In this document: positions 24,469 through 38,364 of the stretch, in pieces
Layout: every line of letters starts with the position of its first letter
How positions within the stretch are numbered: the stretch's first letter is position 1
Assembly: GCA_964016885.1 (NCBI GenBank)
Contig: OZ024743.1
Span: 258,230,001 to 258,294,000, forward strand
Direction: 5' to 3'
DNA length: 64,000 nucleotides
Source of the DNA: Eledone cirrhosa
Lineage: Eukaryota
Translations under genes and position numbers: made by a program
Notes under the pieces: model-generated
What the model was told of the DNA's origin: nothing
Seen by the model: only the letters and a program-made list of their open reading frames with translations
Databases searched by the model: none

Positions 24469-24858
24469 TTAACCCTTTCATGATCATATTTCTAATGAAA
24501 GTTACTGCTTTAAATAAAATTTGAACATAATCAAGAATTTGTTAGGATATAGAAATATAACATTCTCATTATCAAGCAGGTGTTTTGAGAATAACTTAAC
24601 AAATGTTCTTACATAAAATTATGAATGAAGGTTTTTAGATAAATATGAATACCTTAACCATTTTGTTACTATATTTTTAACGAAAGTTACTGCCTAGATT
24701 TTGAAAATATTTTTTAAATTACCATAATTTGAAGGGATTTAGTAAATTAACAATGGTTCTTACATAAAATTAAAATGGAAGGTTTTTAGATAAATCTAAA
24801 AGCTTTATAGTATAGTATCAAAGCACCAGTTTCACATGGTTTGGTATTAAAAGGTTAA
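24469..24858. mobile_element. Two adjacent degraded TTAA-CCCTTT MITEs (piggyBac-like ends)
   Basis: ttaacccttt / ttaaccattt starts and a ggtattaaaaggttaa end. Related to 40999-41213. Confidence 0.5.
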
Positions 24859-26433
24859 GGTAATTATCTGATCAAGGAAATATATAATAAAGTTGGAAGA
24901 GAAATATAATTTAAAATATATATACAAATATAAAACGAAAATTTTATTTTACAAGCATATAAGATGAAAAGTAAAATATTGTTATATAGATATTTTTTAA
25001 CATGATTTATTTAATCTCATTTAAAATTGTTTTCGGCTCTTCTTATGTTCATGTTCAAATATTTTAACCCAAAGACTTTTATCTTAAAAATTTATTTCAC
25101 GAATTGATTGACAGAATTTGGACTCAATCCATTCCATTGAAGCTACAATGGGGAAGACTTTATTAGCAAGGAAGAATTAACGTCAAGAAGGACTGACGTA
25201 AGTAAAGTTTTTATTTGATTATTCTCAGGCAGTTAAGTAGGTAGATGGATGGATGGATGAATGGAGGGATTGGGGGCAATGGTGGGAGGGGTGGACAGAT
25301 TACCAGCAGCATGTTTGGGTTGTCTGGTCTAAAACAGTACACTACCTATCATCTATCCATCAAGAAATCTATCCCACTTTCTCTCTTTTCTCACACATGC
25401 ACACACACACATGCACGCAAATATATATATTTATATATACACATGCATACAAGTATATATATATATACACATACATACACAATTTATTGATCTATTTATA
25501 TATTAGTCTCTGTGTGTGCATGTGTAATGCCTGTCCAGTCAACTAAATCAATTTGTATCTGTCTGCCTCACTAAATCCTTCCATCACCCTAATTCTCTGT
25601 TTTCTAGCTGTACTATTAGTTCCATTTCTTCCTATTTCTCTCTCTCCTCCTCTCTATCTCTCTCTACTCAATCTTTATTTCTCTATATATCTATATCCCC
25701 ATTTTATCCCTCCTCACTCCCTTTACCTTTCTTTATTTTACTCTCACCGTTTATCTCTATGTCTTTCTCTCTCTCCCACACACTCTACATATCTGTATAT
25801 ATCTGTTTTAACACAAACCCTTCTATCTCTCTATATATCTATCTCGCAACCTCCCTCTCACTCTATATCTCTCTATATATCTATCTTACCCCCCCCCCCA
25901 CGCTATGTCTTTTTATATATATATCTATATTTCTCTATATATATCTAACTCACCACCACACGCTTTATCTCTATCTATATATCTCAAAATCTCCCATTCA
26001 CTCTAGATCTCTAGATCTCTATATATATATATCTCACCATCTCCCTCTTCCACTATATCTCTCTCTTCCCCACTCACACATACAGCAATACACACAGAGA
26101 GGGTTAACAGAGAAGAATTAAGGTGACACACTTTAACAAGCCATCAGAAACATTTCCGACATTGAAAGCCTTGTCAACTCACTGTTGCAATCAATCCATT
26201 TTCTGTTCAGTCTTCTGTTAGTTTTCCTTCCTGGAACTGTCGGACATTCGTATATATGTTCCATAGAAATTCCACAGACTATTTTACCTCTAACCTGACC
26301 CAAAGTCTAGGAATATTTTTTAAAGTATATATATATATATATATATATAATGTGTGTATGTGAATGTACATATATACTAATAATAAATACAAAGATCAAA
26401 ATACAGAGAGGACTTGATAAAGTAGTATAAATA

Positions 26434-26496
<63 letters not shown>

Positions 26497-26659
26497 TATA
26501 TATCAACATTTTCGTTTTAACGTCCACTCTCCCTATGTGTGCGTATATATATATAAAACCGAAAAAGAGTGAAAGCCAAAATTGTTTGCTTAAACCTATA
26601 ATCTGCTCTAATAATATGTATAAATATATATATATATATATACACAAATATAGCACATA

Positions 26660-26943
26660 TATACTATCAGCAAAAAATGCACACAGTTACACATGATGAA
26701 TGACAGTTGCATCCTTTCCAGCTCTCTTGATGGCAGTGCAGTTTCGAATATTATGGTAATACTGAACTAGTGATGCCTGTTTGCACAACAGATCGAATGA
26801 TCAATGTGTTGGTGAGATACATGTGAGACAATAATAAAACCAAACAATGGACAGGAAAATTTACAATAGACTTTCAACTAAATGAGAGATAAATACCTGC
26901 TGATTGTCCAATGTAACTGTGTACATTTTCAGCTGACACTGTA
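26660..26943. mobile_element. Tc1-like MITE, degraded
   Basis: tcagcaaaaaatgcacacagttaca mirrors tgtaactgtgtacattttcagctgacactgta. Confidence 0.55.
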
Positions 26944-27392
26944 TTAATATATAGCCATGCTTCTACTTTGATAAACCTAATTTTCTATATATACTGGACC
27001 ACCTATGACACATTGGGTCATGTTCACCTAAAAAATATTTTTTTTACATCATGCTCACTTAAAAATAATTTTTAAATAATTAAAATATACACATCCATGT
27101 ATATAATGTAAAATAAAATTGGAAGATCCATATATATATATATATATGCATGTGTGTGTTTATATATATATATGTGGGTGTCTTTCAATCTACTCTCTCA
27201 CAGCCACTATCCCTTTCCCTCTCTCTATTTATGAAGGTACCCAGAAAAACCCCATTTCTCGTGAAACTGTACTCTAATTTACGCAAAACTTGTTTTATTC
27301 CATTTGTAGTCCCATTTCAGGGTCAACTTCCTTTCAAAGTATTTTCGCATTATGCACCCTTTTGACAAGCACACAATCACAGAGTTTTAGTA

Positions 27393-27432
<40 letters not shown>

Positions 27433-27684
27433 AAAAATGTCTGAAATCCTTGGTACAGTTAGGTATATTTGAAAAAAAGAAAAGAATTACTTCACTTCTA
27501 GTTTGAAACAATTTAATTTTATATTACAATTTTACAATTCTGCTTTGTAGATCTAGTAAATTCTTTGTTAACTTCAGTGGGGAGTTTTTTTAAGATTCCT
27601 GGTCAACTTTCCTGGTTAACAGCCGTTAATATGCATAAGGAAAGTATATACTTTCAAACGTTCAATCAACTGACACGAAGGTAT

Positions 27685-27727
27685 ACAGTGCTGATGACAG
27701 CTAATAAGCTAGAAATTAGTTCATTGT
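27685..27727 (+). ncRNA. Minimal hammerhead ribozyme motif (PLE-type)
   Basis: acagtg-CTGATGA-cagct aata agcta-GAAA-ttag-TT-cattgt. Confidence 0.6.
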
Positions 27728-27769
27728 TCCTTTGTCAGTGTTGAACAAAATGGCAAAATAAGTATACAT

Positions 27770-28062
27770 ATAACTTTGATAACTTTGATAGGTTTTGGCC
27801 AGTATTGGCCCAGGCCATGTCTAACTTAATAGCACCACCTGGCAAAGTTTGGGCACCATGGCCCACTCGAGCAGAGAGTTATTGTTTACGGGGGCATATC
27901 CGAGTGTAGGAGGCTTAACCGGGATTTCTTGAAGGAATTTATCCAAAGACTTCTTGAACTTGATGGGGTCTGTCTCTGCTTTGATTTGCAAGAGTGCAGG
28001 GCCAATTGAGGTGAAATAATTGTGCCGTATTGTTGTTATGTGATGTGAGTGAGAGTTTGCCA
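27770..28062 (-). mobile_element. CR1-group LINE 3' end
   Basis: FTSIGPAL...FKKSLDKFLQEIP.KPPT.GY...NNNSLLEW, then a short UTR and tandem (tatcaaagt) tail. Confidence 0.7.
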
Positions 28063-28064
28063 TT

Positions 28065-28222
28065 TTCGACTGTCAGTCAAAAATTGCAAACTTGACTGTC
28101 ACCACTGAATATGAACCTGAAGATTGCGAAAGCATGAAAGTACTTGTTCAATTAACATTTAATATTCTACCATACTATTTCATTATAATATCATTATAAT
28201 TTTAAAGGATTGTAAATAAAAC
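28065..28222 (+). mobile_element. Solo PLE pseudo-LTR, same family as 18260-18410
   Basis: Closely similar to 18262-18411. Confidence 0.8.
28112..28150 (+). ncRNA. Minimal hammerhead ribozyme
   Basis: Identical to 18294-18332. Confidence 0.75.
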
Positions 28223-28259
28223 ATATACATATTTATACATATATGTACCTTATTCGAGT

Positions 28260-28660
28260 GGCGCCAGTAAGGTATTTTCAGCCATTGAAAAGAAATATGG
28301 AGAGTCTATCTAACAGCACTAGGGTTAGAGAGCCCATACTATACTGTCAAGGAGCAGTCTGGTCATTATGACTCTGCTGGCTTAGAGCCACAGTGGGGGG
28401 CCAGTGGATGATGGATCAGCTGTCTCTGAGACAAATATAAAGAATGCAGTTTTGTCCTGCAGAAGAACCATCAAAATGGCCACTTTGAATGTGAGGACTA
28501 TTCGGACGCTGGAGAAGAGAGAGGAGTTGGGTCATCTGTTCGAGGAGAGTGGTATACAGATACTTGCAGTCCAAGAACACAGGATCCTACATGATGAGCC
28601 CGTGAGGAGTGTGATGATTGGGAAGATGAGCCAGCTCATCACCACATCGGCAGTGAAGAG
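28260..28660 (+). pseudogene. RTEX-like LINE 5' fragment with AP-endonuclease N-terminus
   Basis: KMATLNVRTIR...EEL......IQILAVQEHR...LITTSA. Confidence 0.75.
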
Positions 28661-28724
28661 CATGACCAGATTAAAGTTTAAGCAAAGAATCGCTGCTTTC
28701 ACCCTTAACGGGATCTTATGTATA

Positions 28725-29457
28725 TAAAAAAAGAAAATTTTCGCTCTACATGGCTGAATAAAATAAATGTAATCTGAGTTTTTTGAATATTAATAATTGT
28801 TTCTACTTTAGGCACAAGGCCAGCAATTACCCAGTGTATTACTGCTACTTTATTTTATCGACCCCGTAAGGATGAAAGGCAAAGTCAACTTCGGCGGGAA
28901 CATTCGATTCGTTTGCAATTATGCAAACAAGCCTCATTTTTATAACCATGTCAGTAGAATGAACTCTTCGTTCTTGCTCTTATGTTGGCATGTAAGCAGA
29001 GTTGCAGACACTAATGTTTCTGAGTATGAGTACAGCTCACTGTTCACCTGCCAACTGTCAGAGCTAGTGAAAATATATGCTATTTTCTAAAATTTACAGT
29101 GACTGATCGGCCTGATTTGCATATTAGCAGACTAGCTGATCAATCAGATCTGCATTTTAGCAAATCCACTGATCAGCCAGATTTGCATATCAGCACACTA
29201 GCCAGTCAGTTTCCTGTATATGAGCAATAAATGGCTGGCTTTGCCAAATTCAAATAAAAGAAGAAAATTTTCGCTATACATGGCTGAATACAATAAATGT
29301 AATCTGAGTTTTTCGAATATTAATAATAACATTTGATTCTGTTGCAATTATGCAAACAAGCCTCATTTTTAAAGCCATGTCAGTAGAATGAACACTTCAT
29401 TCTTGCTCTTGTGTTGGCATGTAAACAGAGCTGCAGACACTAATGTTTCTGGGTATC
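28725..29457. repeat. About 200-bp direct repeats (first copy split by a SINE B fragment at 28795-28900) around 31-bp sub-repeats
   Basis: gaaaattttcgct.tacatggctgaata...gcagacactaatgtttctg occurs at about 28733-29022 and 29263-29451. Confidence 0.8.
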
Positions 29458-30059
29458 ACCCTTCATCACATGTATGCATGTGTGTGTATATATAAATAGC
29501 ATTATCATAATTTTTCTTATAACAAGAGTTGGATGGCTCAACATAGACTAAATAAATACTTAATCAGAGTTACTGTCCTCTCTGATGGACTGAGGACCAC
29601 ATCCCAATTACATATATTTGCATACTCTGGTGTATTCTTTCATGGCACCAATACTATAAATTTTATATGTTTTTGATATATCTGAAGTGTCTTGAAATTT
29701 TGTTTGGCAAGTTTTTATAGCTGGAGGCCCTTCCTATCACCAACCACCTTGCAGGGTGTACATTATTTGCGACACCAGCACTAGTATGGATATTTCAAGA
29801 CAGGAGAGTCCTCTCAGACAAGGTTTCTATAAAAGAAATATCCAGAAATATTCAGAAATTGTTGATACCCATGCAGATGTGACCCAGAAGAGCAACATGT
29901 TTAGCTATGTTTAAATCTAGTATGAGGTGATATTCTTTTAAAGTCATTGTATAGTTAACAGGCCTTTACTATTACATATCTGCATACATATATATCAGCA
30001 TGCATACACACACACATATATATACACACATATATACATACATATATACACACACATAT

Positions 30060-30376
30060 AAAAAAAGGGTAAAGACTCCCTTTGGTCACAAATGACCATA
30101 GAATTTACACCTAGTAAGCTTCCCTCCGAGGCACAAGTCTGGGCAAGGTTGTTTGTGGAAGACCAGCCATCGCCCATGCATACCAGCTTCTCCTTTCCAT
30201 GCCACCGATGAAGTCCAAGGGAAAGGCAATGGCCGATACAACTTGACACCAGTGACGGCACAACTAATTTCTACAGCAGAGTGAATTGGAACAATGCATG
30301 TCCCAGTCCGAGAATCGAACTCACAACCTTCCGTGTGCAAGCCCAATGCTCTAACCACTAAGCCATGCACCTTCAC
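30060..30376 (-). mobile_element. SINE family C: same tRNA head as family A, different tail
   Basis: Head catggcttagtggttagagcattgggcttgca..ggttgtgagttcgattctcggactggg. Tail ends gggagtctttacccttttt. Confidence 0.75.
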
Positions 30377-30414
30377 ACACACATATATATATATATACAC
30401 ACACACACACATAT

Positions 30415-30606
30415 ACGTGTAGGTGTCACGACAAAAAAAACACATAATCCACGCTGTTGGTGCTAGGAAGGGCATCCAGCCATAGAAAACCTGCCAGACA
30501 GTCCTATACAAGCGAGACGATCAATCTTACCTCAAGTGGGACAATTCCCAGTTAAACCCATGCTAGTCTGGAAGATAGACGTTAAACGATGATGATGATG
30601 ATGATA
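30415..30606 (+). mobile_element. RTE subfamily A-like 3' end
   Basis: aggaagggcatccagccatagaaaacctgccagacagtcc...gacgttaaacgatgatgat. Confidence 0.8.
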
Positions 30607-32544
30607 TATACACATGCACACAAACATTTTTTCCTCTCCCCAAGAGAGACAAGTGATAGAGAGAGTGAAATATGGAATAACTAATATTGGTATATATATA
30701 TATGTGTGTGTATATATATATGTGTGTGTATATATATATATATATATATGTACATATATATATATACCAACTCATTTTTTCTCCTCTCCGAACATCCAGC
30801 ATGGTTTTATTCCATAGAAGTGTATTCTTTAACTCATCTCCTTCATATAAAAGATGAACTTGTCGCCACCAGAAAACTGTTAAATAGATGAGATTAGTTT
30901 ATAGAAATAAGAATCTGATTTTGGATTCTTCTAGGATATTTTCGATGATATTTCACCTTTCTTGGTTCCACACTTCCCAGAAATACAATTCAGCAAAATT
31001 TCAAGTCAATTATGCTTTATGTTTTTGTATCAGGCTATCAAATTATATGTGTCTGCGTATGTCTTTATGTCTATGTGTGTGTTTGTATGTCTATGTATGT
31101 GTGCTTATCTATATCTGTATATGTATGTCTGTATTTGTATCACTTTTTATGTATGTATCTATCTGTGTGTATCTATGTATGTTCATGGGTATGTCTGTTT
31201 ATGTAGGTGGGCATGAATGTTTGCATGTTCGTTCTTGGTCATGTTTTACTGTGTGTGTTAGTAATCTTCTACATATACATGGGTGTGTATGGGGTGGGGA
31301 AGTAATGATAAATGAATACATGTATCTATACATGTATCTATACATGTTAGACTTGGCCTCTCTCTCTTAAGAACTGGTGAAGTTTTAGGGGCGCCATAAA
31401 AATATATAGCATGTTTCAGGCATTTTGTATCTTTGTATATATGTTATGTTTAAAATATGCAAGTATGTACATTTCTGCTTGATCATAGAATCATATACAT
31501 AAGTATATACATATGTATGCATACATACACCACATAAATACATTACATATAAACATACATACAGTGCAACCACATATACTATTACACCAAGACAACTTAA
31601 CAATTCATCCTTGTAAAATTTTACATATGAAAACTTCAAATAAACAACAATTGATTACCTTCCCTAGCATCTCGCTAGCTTTTGCTGGTAGTAGCTACAT
31701 AACCACCATGTGTTTATCTAAAAATTTGATTATTATGATCATTTTTCTTTCATTGATATGTAAAACAGCTTAAATTGTGATCACATTTTTCTCTAAATAA
31801 ATCGATGTAGGAAGGGAAATACTGCTCCTATGTCAATAAAAACTAAAGGAATAGCAGGAATAAAACTAAGATTTTTGGTATGTTTGTTTGTATATGTTAG
31901 TATGTATGTGGGCAAATATATATTTATTTCATATAAAAACGACTTCTACAGGAATAGAGCTGTTTCATTTGTGTTAAATCATCAGGAATTCCTGATAAGT
32001 ATTAAACAGTTTTAATCTTGTAGAAGTAATTTCTATATAAAATAAATATGCTTCTTCTCTACTAAGATATTGAGTACCTTATTTAACTGGGTTTTTTATT
32101 TCCAATCCTCTTCAGAAAACCATCCTTAATTACACATATATATATGTGTGTATGTGTGTGTGAAGGCATGTGGTTTAGGTGTTAGTGTGTTCAGTTTATG
32201 ATTGTAAGGTTTTGAGGTCAATTCCAAGACTGGGAGGTGTATTGTAGCCTTTGGCACAACACTTTATTTTGTGTTGCTCAAGTTAACACAAGTGGAAAAT
32301 GAGTTGTAACTGTAATTCATGGGATCAACCTTATCAAACACTGGATTTCCCTGAGCATACTCAGCCACTTACATGTTAATTTCATGAACAAATAGTTCTG
32401 ATGATTGAATCAACTGGAGCAATTTTAGGAAACAATGGAGATCCAACAACAACATATATATCATCATCATCATCATTTACCACTCATTTTCTATGCTTGC
32501 ATGGGTTAGATGGGTTGTCATGTTATGAGACAAGTCGAGTCAGG

Positions 32545-33220
32545 AGATTGCATCCTGCTCATACGGAAAATGTGTTGCTATGGACATGTGATGCATATGA
32601 AGGATAACAGCTGTATAAAAAGGTGCAGAGTGTTTAAAGTTGATGGAAGCTATGAATAGGAAGTCCCAAGAAGACCTGGGATGAGGTGATAAAAGTTGAC
32701 TTTGGAAAATTGCACCTCACAAAGGCGATGACTCGGGACTGAAATCTCTGGTGTTATGCAATAATACAGAAGACTCACCTTCACATGAGCACAAGCTTAA
32801 GCATACATCTTGTATGCACTACCTGCACCTCCATCCCACCTTCCATACACCTCATGCCCCCAAACACTCCACCCATGTCCTAACACTATGCCCCTCATAC
32901 ATGCCCTATACATACCTCCCCAATCCCCACACACTTCCCACACCAAAGACCCCAGCCCACACTGTAAAGTGGTTGTGAAGGTGACATGACAAAAAGTGCC
33001 CAGTCCACACTGCAAAGTGGTCATTTAGGTGTCACAACAAAAAGCACCCAGTACACACTGTAAATGTGGTTGGCATTAGGAAGGGCATCTAGCCCTAGAA
33101 ACCAAACCAAAATCATTTCCATATGACCAAGACGTGGTCATCTGACCTGATTTATCTTACAACAGGACACCCCATCTAACCCTTGCCAACCTGGAACAAT
33201 GGACGTTAAACCAGGATGAT
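32545..33220 (+). mobile_element. Older RTE 3' end
   Basis: tatggacatgtgatgc..gaaggataacagctgtataaaaagg..aagacctgggatgagg, then UTR sub-repeats and tail. Confidence 0.8.
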
Positions 33221-33221
33221 A

Positions 33222-33712
33222 TATCATCATCATATTTAATGTCCATCTTCCACGCTAGTATGAGTTGGACGGTTTTGTCCCACTTGAGGCAAGATTGGTC
33301 GGGTGACCATGTCTTGCTCATATAGAACTGTTTCTGGCAGGTTTTCTATGGCTGGATGCCCTTCCTAACACCAACCACATTTACAGTGTGGACTGGGAGC
33401 CTTTTTACCATGTCTCCTACACAACCACTTTACAGTGTAGACTGGGTGCCTTTTGTCGTGTCACCTACACGACCACTTTATAGTGGACGAAGTGGGAGGA
33501 TGGAATATAGATGTGGGGTGGGGTATACATTGGGTTAAGAGGTGCCTAATGACAATCGGTTTAGGTTTATATGCAAGGGAAGGTAAAACTGAATAGCATC
33601 AAAGATCTCGATCCAGTGACATTGTCTTAGAGAGATGTAAGTGAGCAAGGTCAGTTTTTATCACCTCGTCCCAGGTTTTTCTTGTCTACCCACTCCTTAG
33701 CTTCCATCGATT
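33222..33712 (-). mobile_element. Older RTE 3' end, tail-to-tail with the previous copy
   Basis: (CAT)n, UTR and the KTWDEVIK-coding segment on the minus strand. Confidence 0.8.
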
Positions 33713-36700
33713 TTAAAAATATTTACAAAGAGAAGAATGAATTCACTGGTTTTTGGTGTTCTTTAATAATTCAAATCTTTATAGTAAGTCATTATTGATA
33801 TTAGTTCTCATAAGTTCTTGAAGACTCAAGAAGTTCAGAAATCAAGTATTATCATTCTCTCTTTCTCTCTCTTACTCCCTCTTACACCTTCTTTCTTTCT
33901 CTGCTTGAAGAAGGGCTCTCTCGGGTTTAAAATAGCCAAGACATGCCATGTATCATGACTCTACAACTCTATCAGGAGTTTATAGCCTTTGGACATATGT
34001 AAGTGTGAATGAATATTTATGTATATTAGCTTAATAGGAATTGAACCCAGAACTTTCTTATTCCCTCTTTTGTGGTATTATTGGCTTTTGTATTAGCTTT
34101 ATTCATCTACACAAAACAATATAGTTTGTAAATGTAAGCACATATATGCATGAATGCACATATATGTGTACATACATACACACACACATGCATTTATGTG
34201 TCTATGTATATATATATATCATCATTGTAAGGGGAAGTTAATTGATGATGATGGTAATGATATATATATATATACACTGCTCAGACAGACATACTGAAAT
34301 GAACACACAATTTCCTATTAGACATATGCACGGATATAATGCGTATATATATATATATATATATATACATAGTGTATATATATATATGTGTGTGTGTATA
34401 TGTATGTGTGTGTGTGTGTGTGTGTGAGTGAACATATATATAAATATATGTATGGTTATGTACATGTGTGTTTACATATACATGTACACATGACGTTAAA
34501 AGTTTCAGAGAGAGAGAGGGAGATTAACAGAGTTAGACTTTTATGTTATCTCTATTTCTATCGAAGACACATTTCATTACGAGATAGCTTGACATAGAAT
34601 GGGAGGAAATGATGCAGTTATCTTTATTGCTGCAGAAACGAAAGCAAAACTTGCTATGCACTGTGATCAAAACCTGCAGCAGCCAGGAAATAAGACTTTA
34701 CCCTTAAATTAGACACTTTATTTCAAATGAAATTCATTTTGGCACCTTAAGTCTTGTTTGAACACTGAAGCTGAATGTTATCTCATATTTTCGAGCCGAC
34801 GTTGAGTCCATAAAATTTGTTAATGTGTAATGTATCCATATAGCAGAGATCTGGTTCAAATTTAGAAAAGATGGATTTATCAAGCATTCTATTTCGGCAT
34901 TTGTCCATTGTCTTTATTAATTTTATGGCATATCGCTGGTGCGTGTTAAATAATGTTATGCACATGAGTTAAGTTAAAATATTAGAATTAGAAACGTTAT
35001 TTCAATCAGCAAATTGAAAATAAATAAAGGTGTTTGATATATTTTGATTTGGTCAGGGAAGGGGTTTAGAAGTTTCTTTGTTATTAAAAGTATGAAACCT
35101 GGATCCCAAAATAGAAGATGTGAGTAAAATTTTTCAACATACATTAATGAAACTTTCTGAATGTTTTCAATATATTCAAGCAGGCTTAATTTTAAATATT
35201 GTAAATTTCTATGAATACTTCCTAAAACATTTAAATATCATAAACTACTTGCAAACAACCAGCAGATTGGCAGAATGGTTAAAGTAGAAGGCAAAACACT
35301 TTGTGGTATTTGTTCCAGTACTTTATATTTAGTTCAAGTTTCCACTATTGATTTTTTTCTTCGACACATCTGTGCTTCATCATTCATGCACATAAATATT
35401 ATGTATCCAATGAAGCATGCTCAATTTGTTTCTCTCCAACCTTTGCATATTCTCTGCATCATTCATTGCTCATTCTCACTGCATTGCAACATCACACTCT
35501 GTTCACATGCAGACATCCTATAATCTACTCTTCTCACAGAGTGAATCCCTTCATTGCCATATATATATTTACTTAAATATAATCTAACTTCTGTGGGATT
35601 TTAAGTCAAAAATATAAGGTAGAAAACAAAATATTATAAAAAATATATTTCATTTTTTTTCACAAGTATCTATTTTTACTGCTCCAAAAAAATGTTCATA
35701 TAAAATATTTTAATATATATAATATTCTGTCTCATCTTTTCCACATACATTTAAAAAAAATAATGTTAATATATGTATTTAGATGCTTAAGTATATTAGT
35801 TGCTATTGAAAGGTTTAACCTTTCTTTATTTAGCAGAAGCTTATAAAATTTTCAAGTTATTTATATGTATAATTTCAAAGTGTATGTGTGATGTTTAGAA
35901 ATTTACTTCACATTTCACTTAGCTTCCAGCTAAATATAAAGAAACAAATGTGTACAAAGTATAAAATATTTGAATCACTTGAAAAAGATGAAGACATTTT
36001 TGTTTTTCCACCACTTTTCCTCTTTCTCCTTCTCTCTCTCTCTCTATATATATATATGTGTGTATGTGTATAAGTATATTTATATAAACTCACTCAAATA
36101 TACATATATTATATATACATATATTTATGTGTGTGTTTATGTGTAAAATTTATTTATATTTCAATATATGCATATTTCTTTTTCCAAAAACTTCGCAAAG
36201 ATTTTTGAAGTTTTCTGTTTTGTGCTTGGAAAATTAAAAAATGCCATAATTTTCTGCCAATTAGCATTATAGGTTGTTGGCAGATATATAAAATCCTGAA
36301 ACTACATCAAAGAATTTTATTACAGCACTATGACTCCACTATACAGATGTATCTTTGGTACTTCTTAAATAGTTTTTTTTTAAATGTTTTTTCTGCCCAG
36401 TACTTTTTCACAAAGTACAAAAGATGGTAATTTCATTAGGAAGTCAGTAAGAATATGTAATTATATGTCAATAATATGACTGTTGTCTCTATCTATCTTA
36501 TAGTGGGGGGAAATATAATGTTTTAACTAGAAAAGACATCTTTGGTGACTATTTAAGTTGTATCATAGTTGACAATTCAAAGCTGGTCTTACCACTACCT
36601 TCCTACAGGTTTCTTTATTTGTTTACACTGCTTGGCTCTATCAAAGACACTTGCCCTATCAGCTGCACAGTAAAATTGAAACTAGGAATTCATGAATTCA

Positions 36701-37175
36701 ATGTGAGCTTCTTAAACACTCAACCATGCCACATACACTGTCAGTGACTATGTAAACCAGAAATCGCACTGGTTTTGACTGTTGTTTGTTACAATTTTAA
36801 TCTTTGTATCACAGTTTCTTTGCAGCCACTACCATTCCATTATCTTTTATCCTCTCCACAATGATGGTCTCAGCAAGTTTGTATGGAAGACCGACCAGCA
36901 TTTTCCCAAGTAGCAATTCATCCCTCTCTATAACACCTATATTTCTTAAGGGAAAGGGCAAGGGCTGATATAGCTGAGTACCTGTGTCATCTCAGGAATT
37001 GCAAGAACAAAGTTAAAGATGACATTGGAATGCCTTAGAAACTCCAGTTTGTGATTTATAGTTGGTTAACGCTTTTGATACCAACCCATCTCCTCAGCAC
37101 TTCCACTTATGTAAAACTTAATCACTCATTTTAAAAGGTCCTTATTTGAATTAAAACAATCCAACACAATTTTAT

Positions 37176-38364
37176 CATCATCATCATCATCATCATTACC
37201 GTTTTACGTCCGTTCTTCCACGCTAGCATGGGTTAGACGGGTTGTCCTGTTGTGTGCAGTGTCTGGTCGGCTGACCATGCCTTGCTCATACAGGAACTGA
37301 TCTGGCTTGATTTCTACAGCTGGATGCCCTTCCTAACACCAACCTCATTTACAGTGAGTGCTGGGTGCTTTTTCGTGGCGCCTACACGTCCACTTTACAG
37401 TGTGGGCTGGGTGCTTTTTTGCCGTGGCACCTCCACGACCACCTTGCGGTGGAGGGTGTGGGGCATATTGTTTATATGCTTCAGCATGTACCCATGGGAG
37501 GTCGGGTACTCTGTATTACTGCGTGACGCCAGAAGTCACGGTCGTGTGTCATTGTCTTTGAGAGGTGTAATTGGGTAAGGTCGGCTTTTATCACCTCATC
37601 CTAGGTCATCTTGGGTCTCCCCACTCCGCGGTTTCCATCAACTTCTAGTGCTCTGCACCTTTTTATGCAGCTGTCATCCTTCATACGCATCACGTGTCCA
37701 TACCAGCGCAACCGCCTCTCCTGCACACAGCATTTGATTCCTCTTATGCTCAGTCTCTCTCTCAATTCATTTATGCTTTGTCTGTCGTTCACGTATATTA
37801 CTGTTACACATCCATCGGAGCATGCAGGCTTCATTTCTCTCTAATCTACGTAAGTCTTCCACCTTCAGCGCCCAGGTCTCACTACCATGCAACATCGCTG
37901 TTCGGATACACGCATCATACAGTCTGCCTTTCATTCTGAGGGAGAAGCCTTTTGCAGCTAGCAGTGGTAGTAGTTGCCTAAACTTCTTCCATCCCGTTCT
38001 TACCCTAGTTATTGTACTTTCTGAGCACCCACCTCCGTCACTAATTCGGTCACCTAGGTAGCAGAAGCTGTCTACTGTTTCTACAGGGCCCTCCCAGAGA
38101 TTGGTGGTACTTGTTTCCTGTGGCTGTTTGCTGCTTGCTGTTTCAGCACAGCTGCTGCATGTGAATCCTACATTCTTAATTAAGCTTCCTGAGATCCCGC
38201 TACATCTCTTGTGTACCCATTGTTTGCATTTGGGGCAGAGAATGGAGTTCCTACCTACACCTTTCCTACATACTGAGCATGACCATTTCCCCGAGGGGAT
38301 CTGGGTTCTGTTTTCTCGTCTACTTACAAGGACCTTAGTCTTGGTCATGTTGACTTTGAGACCC
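37176..38364 (-). mobile_element. RTE LINE subfamily B, 5'-truncated, one frameshift
   Basis: ORFs 37767-38348 and 37601-37834 are nearly identical to the C-terminus of 51970-54465, including the PHD. Confidence 0.95.
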
